From the IMG/VR virus record IMGVR_UViG_3300005805_000349, positions 1 through 28,501 of that record: DNA of 28,501 bases. One strand, given 5' to 3'. Positions 1-7,952 of the stretch are shown here, piece by piece. The number at the start of each line of letters is the position of its first letter. The first letter of the stretch is position 1. Both the position numbers and the translations under genes were made by a program. The notes under the pieces are model-generated. The model was not told the DNA's origin and ran no database searches. It saw only the letters and a program-made list of their open reading frames with translations. Origin of the DNA: a virus. Lineage: Duplodnaviria; Caudoviricetes.

Positions 1-37
1 CCTTGAAAGTCTTTGTTTCTGGATTGAATCTCTTCAT
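1..37 (-). CDS. N-terminus of a hypothetical protein (MKRFNPETKTFK...), runs off the window edge
   Basis: ATG at 37 preceded by SD AAAGGA and a sigma70 promoter at 89-117. Confidence 0.6.
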   Translation of the reverse strand, partial: MKRFNPETKTFK

Positions 38-88
38 TTTTAAGTTTCCTTTGTTAACAGCTGATTATCTGTTCTTCAGCATTAGTTA

Positions 89-117
89 ATAATACATGAT
101 CGCAACTGCACATGCAA
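89..117 (-). promoter_or_regulatory. sigma70-type promoter
   Basis: TTGCAT-N17-TATTAT; ATG of a 5-aa uORF (MLKNR*) 6 nt downstream. Confidence 0.6.
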
Positions 118-119
118 CC

Positions 120-323
120 TCAATCTCGCCGTTTCACAGACACATTCGCTCGAAAGAACGTGCCCAGGATCACCACCGCACACCATGTCCAAAACGTGAA
201 CTCAATGGCCAGCACGGGGAACATGGTGTTCAGACTCCAGATCACTAACCAGGGCCCGATGGCCAATAGGATCACGATCAGCACGATGCCTACGATGATT
301 TTAAAGACGTTATCCATTTTCAA
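120..323 (-). CDS. small membrane protein (2 hydrophobic segments)
   Basis: 67-aa ORF with SD GGAG; two hydrophobic stretches and a basic C-terminus. Confidence 0.75.
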   Translation of the reverse strand: MKMDNVFKIIVGIVLIVILLAIGPWLVIWSLNTMFPVLAIEFTFWTWCAVVILGTFFRANVSVKRRD

Positions 324-540
324 TCTCCTCCAATTCCTGCTGGCGTTTCAGCTCAGCGATTTCTTTTTCTACTTCTTTCTCACGGCGCCGACCATTCACT
401 GATGTGCCCCGTTTGTAGACCACGTAGTAGTGCTCGTGGCAGTAGCTCTTGCCTTCGATGGTCTCAGCCCCACAGAAGGGCGTGGGCCCCTTGTGTCTGT
501 GAGGGTCGTATTCCGGACCCAAATATTGGCACCCTGACAT
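310..540 (-). CDS. GcrA C-terminal-domain-like Cys/His protein
   Basis: ATG at 540 coupled to the upstream stop (TGATG); motif CQY.G....FCG.....GKSYC.EH...VY resembles the GcrA C.WPIG..FCG...G.PYC..H motif. Confidence 0.55.
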   Translation of the reverse strand: MSGCQYLGPEYDPHRHKGPTPFCGAETIEGKSYCHEHYYVVYKRGTSVNGRRREKEVEKEIAELKRQQELEEIENG

Positions 541-1637
541 CAGTGGGCTCCCTTCATCACAGTGACTTCTGCCATGTTCTTCCAATTTGTAGCAAAGCTC
601 TTGCGAAGATCTGCTACCTTCAGCACCGTACGCAGGCTCAGCTCACGCATCTTTGCGCGGTTCTCTACGATGAACTCCACGACTTCGTCCTTGACCACAG
701 GCTCAAACTCGTATGAGTCCAGCATGCCATCTTCTACGATCTGCTTGATGCGCAAGACCTTTTCACGGTCTGTGTCCATCTGCAGATCCACATAGTGACA
801 GCGTGACTCCAAAGCAGCCAAGTGATCCTGTAGCTTCTTAGAGCGCACATTCTCGAACTTGATGTTGGTGATAAAGATAGCACCTGCCTTGAACTCAAAC
901 TTGTCAGGCACACCCTCTGAACGCAACATACGACTATCAGTGTTCCACGAGATAGTACGCTTCTTGGACGAATCCAAAGCCGCCTTGAGAATGTTCAAGC
1001 TGAGGTCGTCCAACAGCACACTGTCACAGTCATCGAACACGATGACATTGCCCTTTTCGCTGTAGTGGTAGAGCTTGGAGTAGAGTCCAATGGCACTCAT
1101 AGCACCCTTGACGATCTCGTACTTGGGACGCTTGTTACCCAGCGTGTTGAACAGATCCTGCTTGCCCAATACTTCTTCTACACCAAAGCTCTTGCCCACA
1201 CCTGGAGGGCCAGTGACGATCATTGCTCGCACGGTACCCTCTTTGACTGCCTGTGTCATGTCCTGAAGTACTTGGAAGCGATTGCGCAGTCGCTCTACGA
1301 TCTGCTCATCGGTCTCATGCGCTACCACGGCATCGGGCACTTTGACCTGGCTGAAGTCTGTGACTTCCACGGAGTTCTTGGCAGAGCTCTTCAATGCTTT
1401 CAGCATGCTGATTCCTTGTGGTACGGTTGAGGATTGGGCCATGGTATAGGCACCCTGGCGACATTTGATGCGGATGTTGCGGTCTGGAAACCCGGGCTGT
1501 GTGCCCCCTTCCACAGTAACATAGCCTTCACCGCTGGCAGCGACCTTGTAGTCTTCTACCAAACGAAAGGTCATGCCCCCAACATTGACTGGGTTGCCTT
1601 TGATGTTGTACCAACCCTCAGTGAATGTGATCTGCAT
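540..1637 (-). CDS. AAA+ family P-loop ATPase
   Basis: Walker A GPPGVGKS, Walker B VIVFDDCD, sensor-1 FITN, Arg finger ALESR; SD GAGGAG before ATG 1637 (alternative in-frame start at 1664). Confidence 0.85.
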   Translation of the reverse strand: MQITFTEGWYNIKGNPVNVGGMTFRLVEDYKVAASGEGYVTVEGGTQPGFPDRNIRIKCRQGAYTMAQSSTVPQGISMLKALKSSAKNSVEVTDFSQVKVPDAVVAHETDEQIVERLRNRFQVLQDMTQAVKEGTVRAMIVTGPPGVGKSFGVEEVLGKQDLFNTLGNKRPKYEIVKGAMSAIGLYSKLYHYSEKGNVIVFDDCDSVLLDDLSLNILKAALDSSKKRTISWNTDSRMLRSEGVPDKFEFKAGAIFITNIKFENVRSKKLQDHLAALESRCHYVDLQMDTDREKVLRIKQIVEDGMLDSYEFEPVVKDEVVEFIVENRAKMRELSLRTVLKVADLRKSFATNWKNMAEVTVMKGAH

Positions 1638-1670
1638 AGTTTCGCTCCTCGTTGTGTTTAACATGTGTGT

Positions 1671-1699
1671 ATTATATTACCATTTGGGGCTAGTGTCAA
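1671..1699 (-). promoter_or_regulatory. sigma70-type promoter
   Basis: TTGACA-N17-TAATAT; -35 lies in the loop of the inverted repeat TTTGGGG/CCCCAAA. Confidence 0.75.
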
Positions 1700-1710
1700 C
1701 CCCAAACAGT

Positions 1711-1737
1711 AATAACCCTTGATCTACTAGGGTTATT
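1711..1737. promoter_or_regulatory. inverted repeat AATAACCCT-N9-AGGGTTATT (putative operator or terminator)
   Basis: 9-bp perfect inverted repeat; core ACCCT-N9-AGGGT recurs at 3440-3458 at the same distance from a -35 box. Confidence 0.5.
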
Positions 1738-2179
1738 CGTCCTCTGCTACCAGCTTCTCAATGGTAGCAGCTGCCAGGGCGTCACTGAGTGGTACCAGCC
1801 CGCATTTGATCAGCCCAGGGGTATCGTAGACGCAGCCAGCGTACCAAACACCGTCCCGCATCACATAGTAGTACTCGCCACCGCAGCCCTGGACCTGATT
1901 CAGGAACTCTTCGAAGCTGTGTGCAACAGTCCAGGGGGTGCTCTTGAGGAACTCCGAAACGTCTTCGTCTTGAGCTTCACGATCTTCGTAGAAGTTCATT
2001 TCTTCCAGGGTCTCTTTGACACCCGAATTGTCCCCACGTGCTACCAGGGCATTCGCCATGCTGCTGTCGTAGTGCTTGTTGAGGATTTCGCCTGTGTATG
2101 CGAGATAGCCATCGTAGTGGCAATAGACGCTTTTGCAGACATCGCCGTGCATGACGGCTACTCGTGATCGTGTACCCAT
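1733..2179 (-). CDS. hypothetical phage protein (MGTRS...YCHYDGY type)
   Basis: 148-aa ORF with SD AAGGAG and its own sigma70 promoter. Confidence 0.85.
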   Translation of the reverse strand: MGTRSRVAVMHGDVCKSVYCHYDGYLAYTGEILNKHYDSSMANALVARGDNSGVKETLEEMNFYEDREAQDEDVSEFLKSTPWTVAHSFEEFLNQVQGCGGEYYYVMRDGVWYAGCVYDTPGLIKCGLVPLSDALAAATIEKLVAEDE

Positions 2180-2210
2180 TTCGTCGCTCCTTGTTGTTAA
2201 CTTAGCCTCT

Positions 2211-2239
2211 AGTATAGCACCTCAGCTGCCCGTTGTCAA
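2211..2239 (-). promoter_or_regulatory. sigma70-type promoter
   Basis: TTGACA-N17-TATACT with TG extended -10. Confidence 0.8.
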
Positions 2240-2695
2240 CCTCAATTGGTGTGGCTGATCTGCCACAGTTTCAAACCCTTCGATGAACACATGATGACCA
2301 TCACCCGAACGCTGGATGCAGCGATCAGCAGCACGGTAGAGATCGCGCCACGTGGGCCCAGGAATGGTCTCGTAGACCGCTGAGTCTCCCCAGTGATCTC
2401 TGTAGCAGATCTCTGCAGCATTCACGTGGGGATGCGGCTGGTTGAGATCGCTGACTTTGTAGATCGACCAGATCGTCTTCAACCCCAGCTGCTGCTGTAC
2501 TGTGTGATAATGATCGTGCTTGCGCTCAAAGGCAGTGTTGTCCTGTGCATATGCAGCCTGTAGCGCAGCACGTATACGTTCGGCACCCACGACACCATCG
2601 AGGCCCTGGTATTCTAGCTCCCACAGTGTGTTGTGGATGGTCTTGAAATCTTCAGCAGTAATAGTTACATCGCAGTTCATAGTTACATGCTCCAA
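2222..2695 (-). CDS. hypothetical protein
   Basis: 157-aa ORF collinear with neighbours; true start may be ATG 2680 (SD GGAG). Confidence 0.75.
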   Translation of the reverse strand: MEHVTMNCDVTITAEDFKTIHNTLWELEYQGLDGVVGAERIRAALQAAYAQDNTAFERKHDHYHTVQQQLGLKTIWSIYKVSDLNQPHPHVNAAEICYRDHWGDSAVYETIPGPTWRDLYRAADRCIQRSGDGHHVFIEGFETVADQPHQLRLTTGS

Positions 2696-2988
2696 TAGAG
2701 TTCTGAACTAGGGTCGCAGCTACGGGGTGTGTTCACTGACTGTGTGAACTCTTTGCCTGTCATCAAGTTGCGCTTGGTCACACGCTGTTCGATGATCATG
2801 TGATAGTACTGTGAGTCTGCAGCAGCCATCCAAAACAGAGGGTCATCTTCATGCGCATTGCTGCCCGGCACGTAGGGGAACGCCCTCACATACTTCTTAT
2901 GGGCCCGGGTGATAGCCGCCTGTGCAGCTGAGTGAGTCTTGTAGCTCTTAACTATAGCTGATGATCTCTTATCGTATACGTACCACAT
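2683..2988 (-). CDS. hypothetical protein (C-terminal NLMTGK...NTP..CDPSSE.YWSM motif)
   Basis: 101-aa ORF with SD AAGGAG and promoter. Confidence 0.85.
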   Translation of the reverse strand: MWYVYDKRSSAIVKSYKTHSAAQAAITRAHKKYVRAFPYVPGSNAHEDDPLFWMAAADSQYYHMIIEQRVTKRNLMTGKEFTQSVNTPRSCDPSSELYWSM

Positions 2989-3017
2989 GTTCGCTCCTTG
3001 TTAACGTTACAGCAGCA

Positions 3018-3046
3018 ATTGTACAGCCAAACTAGGGGGCTGTCAA
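3018..3046 (-). promoter_or_regulatory. sigma70-type promoter
   Basis: TTGACA-N17-TACAAT; -35 flanked by GGGG/CCCC. Confidence 0.8.
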
Positions 3047-3050
3047 CCCC

Positions 3051-3389
3051 TCAGTCCCCACGCACATCTGTGTTAAGTGTAGGGCGCAATGTGCGTCGCA
3101 GTTCCACTTCTCTCTTGTGAGCCGCTGCTTTGCCGCGAAGTGTTTCGTGAACTAAGACTTCTATCTCGCTCTTGTCTGTGAGCTTGCGTAGCTCTTTGCA
3201 CAACAGCCAGTCCTTGTTCTCCCGCTTGGCACGATAGAAGTGCTTGGCTGCTCTCGCAAGTACACTCTTGTTAATAGTAGTCTCTGTCTTGGCTGTGACG
3301 CCTATGTACGAGAGGCCGTTAACACGCAGCTCATAGATGATGTGAGTGCGGTCTACACGTTTCTTGCGGAGGGGCTTTTCTAAGTTCAT
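3051..3389 (-). CDS. GIY-YIG nuclease-like protein
   Basis: IIY-x8-YIG motif, downstream R...H, and E (KREVEL) and N (TLN) positions; no SD, apparently leaderless. Confidence 0.7.
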   Translation of the reverse strand: MNLEKPLRKKRVDRTHIIYELRVNGLSYIGVTAKTETTINKSVLARAAKHFYRAKRENKDWLLCKELRKLTDKSEIEVLVHETLRGKAAAHKREVELRRTLRPTLNTDVRGD

Positions 3390-3395
3390 GTGTAT

Positions 3396-3424
3396 ATTAT
3401 AGCATCATGAACCCAATCTGTCAA
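3396..3424 (-). promoter_or_regulatory. consensus sigma70 promoter
   Basis: TTGACA-N17-TATAAT with extended TG; ATG 6 nt downstream. Confidence 0.85.
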
Positions 3425-3438
3425 CCAAAATGCGCTAT

Positions 3439-3459
3439 GACCCTACGACCCTAAGGGTC
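3439..3459. promoter_or_regulatory. inverted repeat GACCCT-N9-AGGGTC (putative operator)
   Basis: same core and same offset from the -35 box as 1715-1733. Confidence 0.45.
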
Positions 3460-3495
3460 TCTGGGTTTCTCTTCGCAGTGTCGCGAGGTCCGCAG

Positions 3496-3645
3496 CTAGA
3501 TGGGCAGCCAGGTGACCCACCTGATGGCTGCGTATGTGATCACAGCTGCGCACAGCCAAACTCCCACACGCTGCAAGGGCCACAGTGTGCGATACCAACG
3601 TTTGAATGGATCCCAAGGGTCCATGGGGTTCGGCGGTTTGTACAC
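3496..3645 (-). CDS. possible small membrane protein
   Basis: GTG 3645 (or ATG 3624) downstream of tRNA-Arg; Trp-rich with a hydrophobic C-terminal helix. Confidence 0.4.
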   Translation of the reverse strand: MYKPPNPMDPWDPFKRWYRTLWPLQRVGVWLCAAVITYAAIRWVTWLPI

Positions 3646-3682
3646 TGTGTTCTCTCTGCTGCTGTGCTGCTGCTGTCTACGT

Positions 3683-3758
3683 TGGCCTGCCCGGGAGGGA
3701 TCGAACCTCCGACCCACAGCTTAGAAGGCTGTTGCTCTATCCACTGAGCTACGGGCAG
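3683..3758 (-). tRNA. trnR: tRNA-Arg (UCU)
   Basis: cloverleaf CTGCCCG/CGGGCAG acceptor, anticodon loop CT-TCT-AA, GGTTCGA T-loop, encoded CCA. Confidence 0.95.
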
Positions 3759-3763
3759 ATTGA

Positions 3764-3841
<78 letters not shown>

Positions 3842-3858
3842 GAATGTGTTGCTGCTGC

Positions 3859-4161
3859 TTAGTCTGCGGTAGACCCCTCGTGATTGTCGTCTACGATGAT
3901 CTCTGCTGCTGCTCTGAATCCTGCTTCACGTGATCCCGCAGCTACGAATCTGTGTAGATCTTCCATGCGTTCCGCGAACACATCAGGCGCTGCTTCAGCT
4001 GCTCGCTGCATGTCCCAGTCTGAGGGATAGTGTCGCAGCGCAGCCCGGGCGGTTTCTCGAATCAATTTAGGTACTCTGGGCGTGTGCTGGGGATTACAGA
4101 GATCCAACAAGAACCTCCGGGTCTGCACAACTGCACGGTATCTTTCATCTGGTAATGTCAA
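3859..4161 (-). CDS. hypothetical phage protein (MTLPDERYRAV...)
   Basis: TTG 4161 with SD AGGAG; in-frame ATG 4197 lies at the predicted transcription start. Confidence 0.8.
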   Translation of the reverse strand: MTLPDERYRAVVQTRRFLLDLCNPQHTPRVPKLIRETARAALRHYPSDWDMQRAAEAAPDVFAERMEDLHRFVAAGSREAGFRAAAEIIVDDNHEGSTAD

Positions 4162-4203
4162 CTCTCTGCTCCTAGATAACAGTCTTTTCTTAAGCATGTG
4201 TAT

Positions 4204-4232
4204 ATTATACGATCATTTAGCCAAGATGTCAA
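4204..4232 (-). promoter_or_regulatory. consensus sigma70 promoter, probably also drives the tRNAs
   Basis: TTGACA-N17-TATAAT; ATG 6 nt downstream. Confidence 0.85.
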
Positions 4233-4250
4233 TGGGTTTTTTAACACCTA

Positions 4251-4789
4251 GCAGCGGGGCCTATATCCAAATCACCAAGCCGATCGCGAGATAACACAAC
4301 ACACAGACTCTGGCCTGTGATCTCACTGTGTATGAATCACCCTGAACAGCTATGTGTGTGAGTATAAAGATGAAAGGCAGCATGGCAGCGATCATGATCA
4401 TACTAGTATATAGTTGTGATATAGTGTCAGCACATGAATCTCACGCAGCGGGGCCACCGTAGAGACACCGTACGCGGCTGGGGGGACGGTGGGATCTGGT
4501 AGAGAAATGGTGGAAAACGGTGCGAAACAGTGTGATCTCACAGAAAAAATCATGCAAAAATTTTTGAGGACACCGTGGATGGAGAGGCTATGCTCAAATG
4601 GTCACACAATTCCACACTTTTCTGCACTTTGTCACACAGAACCACACCATTCTGTCTCTCACGGCCTGCGCAGCGGCCTCTATACGCAAGCCAGGGGTCA
4701 GTAAATCACACTTACTGGGCATAATCTCCGATTATGCAGATCATTTTCCACTGTGTACACACATACACACAAACCTTTGCAGCGGGGCC
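4251..4789. repeat. dispersed 11-bp direct repeat GCAGCGGGGCC
   Basis: exact copies at 4251, 4445 and 4779; shorter GCAGCGGCC at 4670. Confidence 0.7.
4261..4401 (-). CDS. possible 46-aa membrane protein (not in ORF track)
   Basis: MIMIAAMLPFIFILTHIAVQGDSYTVRSQARVCVLCYLAIGLVIWI*; two hydrophobic segments; TATATA-N5-ATG upstream. Confidence 0.45.
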   Translation of the reverse strand: MIMIAAMLPFIFILTHIAVQGDSYTVRSQARVCVLCYLAIGLVIWI

Positions 4790-4793
4790 TGTG

Positions 4794-4964
4794 CTATACT
4801 AGAACCACATCAGGAATCGATCTAGTATCCATCCACATTTCTGGGAACCACTCACGTATTATCTTTGTGCTGCGAGTGATGATCACCACACGATTACGAT
4901 ACAGCACAGTGAATCTTTCACCCTCTGTGTCCCAATCTGAACGTACCGCATACTTGATTTTCAC
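4794..4964 (-). CDS. hypothetical protein (56 aa)
   Basis: GTG 4964 with SD-like AGGGGG; TATAAATA on the minus strand at 5027-5034. Confidence 0.5.
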   Translation of the reverse strand: MKIKYAVRSDWDTEGERFTVLYRNRVVIITRSTKIIREWFPEMWMDTRSIPDVVLV

Positions 4965-5075
4965 TGCTACAACCCCCTGTTTATGGCAGGTCCAGCTCAG
5001 TAACTGTGTCTGATCGCTGTTATTGATATTTATAGGTCCCTGGGCTCGCGCAGCGTTTTGCATGTAAATATTCTT

Positions 5076-5261
5076 ATGTTATACACCTTTGAACTCACTG
5101 AACCTACTCTGATGCGAGTCCAGACCTATTTGGCGGCTAGGTATGCACAAGGTTCACAGCAGTATATTCTAGGCGTACAGCACAGACTCACTGATGATCT
5201 GGTATTTGTCATGATCGAATGCACACCTGATGCTGCCACATACATACACTTACTATGCTGA
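5076..5261 (+). CDS. hypothetical protein
   Basis: TAAATA-N5-ATG; overlaps the start of the next ORF. Confidence 0.6.
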   Translation: MLYTFELTEPTLMRVQTYLAARYAQGSQQYILGVQHRLTDDLVFVMIECTPDAATYIHLLC

Positions 5262-5458
5262 AACTCTACGTGTGCTTTCGTTGGACCAGTGCAATGTCTG
5301 CGGATCCGGACACTATTGGATTATATGTCAAACGCACAGGCGGCCACTTTGAACCACATGCGGACACAGTGATGTATTGGGTGCCTGCGGGTGTTGCAAG
5401 CATGTTGATGTTGGCTTGGCCGGAACTGGAACGCATAAGGGATAGGGATTTAATCTAA
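5255..5458 (+). CDS. hypothetical protein
   Basis: 67-aa ORF; ATGCTGA overlap with the upstream stop. Confidence 0.6.
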   Translation: MLKLYVCFRWTSAMSADPDTIGLYVKRTGGHFEPHADTVMYWVPAGVASMLMLAWPELERIRDRDLI

Positions 5459-5549
5459 TCATTAACTGCATGGTTTATTCTTGTCATAGTCTACAAATCT
5501 GCGCTACCGCTGCTGCTTCGCAGCTAAAAATTTTGCGCTCCTTTCAGGG

Positions 5550-6377
5550 TCAAGGCATGATGCCCAACCACGATCTTATCACATCGCCGGGCGAGGGCCG
5601 CTTTGGAGGTTCTGGATCTGTGTCTGCGATGTGATTCAACATGATGTCATGTATGCTCTGTGCTCTCTGCCGTTGAGTATCTGCACCCAAGATCACCACT
5701 GCGATTCTGTCACTGTGCCTGACCACTAACACGGCCATGCACCATCCTGCAGAGCCAGTGTATCCAGTCTTTGACACAGTGATGCCATCGAACTCGATCA
5801 ACACAGGTCTGTTGGTGTTGGTTATCTGTATGGTTCTCAATCTACGGCCCTGTCCTGCTTCGAGATCTGCCTGCTTTTTGATGCTGATCTCTGAGATGAT
5901 GGGATAGAGATCCGCGGTTCTGATCATGGTTATGACATCCAAAGCTGTGCTGACGTTTTGATTACTGAGCCCTGAAGCATCCACGAAACGAGTGTTCATC
6001 ATCTGCAGACTCTGGGCTCTGAGATTCATCGCACGTATGAACTGCTTGCGACCTCCGGGGTGTGCGTCAGCTAGGGCTTCTGCAGCGGCATTGTCTGAGC
6101 GTACCAATACCGCAGTGATCAGGGTCCTGCGTGTGTATAGTCCAGGGCTGAGTCTAGGGCTGGCCTTGCTTAACTTGATTTCACGTGTGAGATCCTGATC
6201 TTGATCCATGCTCACCATCACGGTCATCAGTTTGGTTAGACTGGCCAAGGGCCTGGTTTGGTTGAGATTTTCGCTGTGTAGCCAACGTTCTTGTGTGATG
6301 TTGTAGACTGCTAGACTGGCAGCTGCGGACACAGTGTCGGTGAACATCAACCCTAACAAGATTAAAAATATTCGCAT
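5550..6377 (-). CDS. D-alanyl-D-alanine carboxy/endopeptidase, peptidase S11 (PBP7/PbpG-like)
   Basis: signal peptide MRIFLILLGL...VSA; SxxK (ASLTK), SxN (SDN) and KTG motifs; TAAATA-N4-ATG. Confidence 0.9.
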   Translation of the reverse strand: MRIFLILLGLMFTDTVSAAASLAVYNITQERWLHSENLNQTRPLASLTKLMTVMVSMDQDQDLTREIKLSKASPRLSPGLYTRRTLITAVLVRSDNAAAEALADAHPGGRKQFIRAMNLRAQSLQMMNTRFVDASGLSNQNVSTALDVITMIRTADLYPIISEISIKKQADLEAGQGRRLRTIQITNTNRPVLIEFDGITVSKTGYTGSAGWCMAVLVVRHSDRIAVVILGADTQRQRAQSIHDIMLNHIADTDPEPPKRPSPGDVIRSWLGIMP

Positions 6378-6456
6378 GGCATATTTAACCACACAGTATT
6401 TGCCAGTGTTTGTGATTGAATAAAGACACTGCCATGTGAGATCTGGTAAGTACATG

Positions 6457-7296
6457 ATGCATCACATAGACAGTTTGAATTTCTACATCACAGATCGCTG
6501 TGATCTGGCCTGCACTGACTGTATCACCTACAACAACTGGAGTTGGGGCACACGCATTGACATCACACAGCACAGCGCACAGATCGCACGGTGGGCTGAA
6601 TTGATCAGTCTCGGAGAACTCTGTGTGTTGGGTGGAGAAGCCACGCTGGATCCTGATCTTCCCAAATGGGTATCACTGCTGGGTCAGCTGTGGCCTCAGG
6701 CTCGCAGGCGTATCACCACCAACGGTAGGCATCTTGATCGCATTGATCTAGATTGGATAGCCCAGGGCTGGGACATAGAAGTTGGCGCTCACAGTCAGCA
6801 GGATCGTGACCGTGCAAGACTCTGGGCACAGCACACATGGCCTCAGTGTGTGATCACCACCCAGTTGACCGCAGGACCTCATGCCCGCAGATCACAGATC
6901 ATCACTGTGGATGATCGCGTGGTCATGGAAATCACAGAAAGTTGGAGATTTGTCACATGGCCGTGGCAGCTGAAACAGGGGCGATTGGTCTGGGATCGTG
7001 TGAGAGATCCCCAAACGGAATACCAACACTGCCAGGTCAAGATGTGTAGATACATGCTGGGACACACGCTGTATCGCTGCCCCCAACAGGCTCTGTTTCC
7101 TCGCATTAGTGCATGGGTCGCTGAACCTTGGCAGCAGATCACTGTAGAAGACCTAGGCTGCACTCCAGACGCAGATGTGGATCAATGGTTCAGCACCGAA
7201 TGGCACAGCCAATCACAGTGCCAGCTGTGTGCGTGGAGCCAGCACAGCTATCGTGATCTCACCCAGGGCAGAAAAATCCCTATCAGAGTTGGCTGA
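6457..7296 (+). CDS. radical SAM protein
   Basis: CxxxCxxC (CDLACTDC), GGE and TNG motifs, additional C-terminal Cys; start 6454 or 6457. Confidence 0.85.
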   Translation: MHHIDSLNFYITDRCDLACTDCITYNNWSWGTRIDITQHSAQIARWAELISLGELCVLGGEATLDPDLPKWVSLLGQLWPQARRRITTNGRHLDRIDLDWIAQGWDIEVGAHSQQDRDRARLWAQHTWPQCVITTQLTAGPHARRSQIITVDDRVVMEITESWRFVTWPWQLKQGRLVWDRVRDPQTEYQHCQVKMCRYMLGHTLYRCPQQALFPRISAWVAEPWQQITVEDLGCTPDADVDQWFSTEWHSQSQCQLCAWSQHSYRDLTQGRKIPIRVG

Positions 7297-7338
7297 CAGG
7301 GTCTGCGATGTTTATCTCATAAACTCATAAATACTTGT

Positions 7339-7719
7339 ATGAAACTCTTAACCGCACTGATAATCGCTGTGTCGCTCACGGGCTGTGCCTCCATCAAATC
7401 CTGGATACCTTCATTCTGGGACGACAATCAATCAGCTTATATCATAGAAGCTAGGCTCACGGTCGCTGCCATAAACTGTGCGGAACCACAGCTGCCGCAG
7501 GTCACTGTGCTGGCTAGAGATCTACAGAGATTCCAACTGTACTCAGAGGCCAAAGGTAGCCTACAGCAGGATGTCTTGCGTGTGATAGAACCCATGCAAT
7601 CCACAGTCTCTGAATGGACCAAGCGTGGTGAAGGTTCTAGGGTCTACTGCGAAATCAAAAAGAAACTGCTCACACAGCAGGGTGAGCGAGCCTCACGAGT
7701 TATACTAGGAAGATGGTGA
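7339..7719 (+). CDS. lipoprotein
   Basis: signal peptide with lipobox LTGC; TAAATA-N5-ATG. Confidence 0.8.
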   Translation: MKLLTALIIAVSLTGCASIKSWIPSFWDDNQSAYIIEARLTVAAINCAEPQLPQVTVLARDLQRFQLYSEAKGSLQQDVLRVIEPMQSTVSEWTKRGEGSRVYCEIKKKLLTQQGERASRVILGRW

Positions 7720-7952
7720 TGATAGATCAACTACAATTTTTAAGCACCTGTGGCAGACCCTGGGCTGAACAGCGAGCACAGATGGCACTTGAGATCACCC
7801 AGGCCTATCAGTCAGGTGACATCGCAGAAGACGAATATCGAGCCCTGATGGCAGATCTCATTGCATCAGATCGATTAAACGCAGAAGCAGACGACATGGA
7901 TGTTAAAAATCTCTTGGTGTCTTGCATAATGATCGGAGCAAAACTAGCATGA
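7719..7952 (+). CDS. hypothetical protein
   Basis: TGATG coupling with the lipoprotein gene; SD AGGA. Confidence 0.75.
   Translation: MIDQLQFLSTCGRPWAEQRAQMALEITQAYQSGDIAEDEYRALMADLIASDRLNAEADDMDVKNLLVSCIMIGAKLA

Noticed and set aside
402-2711. Plus-strand ORFs antisense to the early genes (and similar shadow ORFs across ligase, HNH, terC)
   Set aside because: Shadows of well-supported genes on the opposite strand
4251-4789. GCAGCGGGGCC repeats as a CRISPR array
   Set aside because: Only 11 bp, irregular spacing of roughly 110-225 nt, no cas genes
4489-5013. Plus-strand ORFs 4489-4704, 4598-4825 and 4753-5013
   Set aside because: No convincing SD or recognisable protein features; mutually overlapping or antisense to a better candidate
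7339-7952. Lipoprotein pair as Rz/Rz1 spanins
   Set aside because: The partner lacks an N-terminal transmembrane anchor and the order is wrong; no holin or endolysin adjacent
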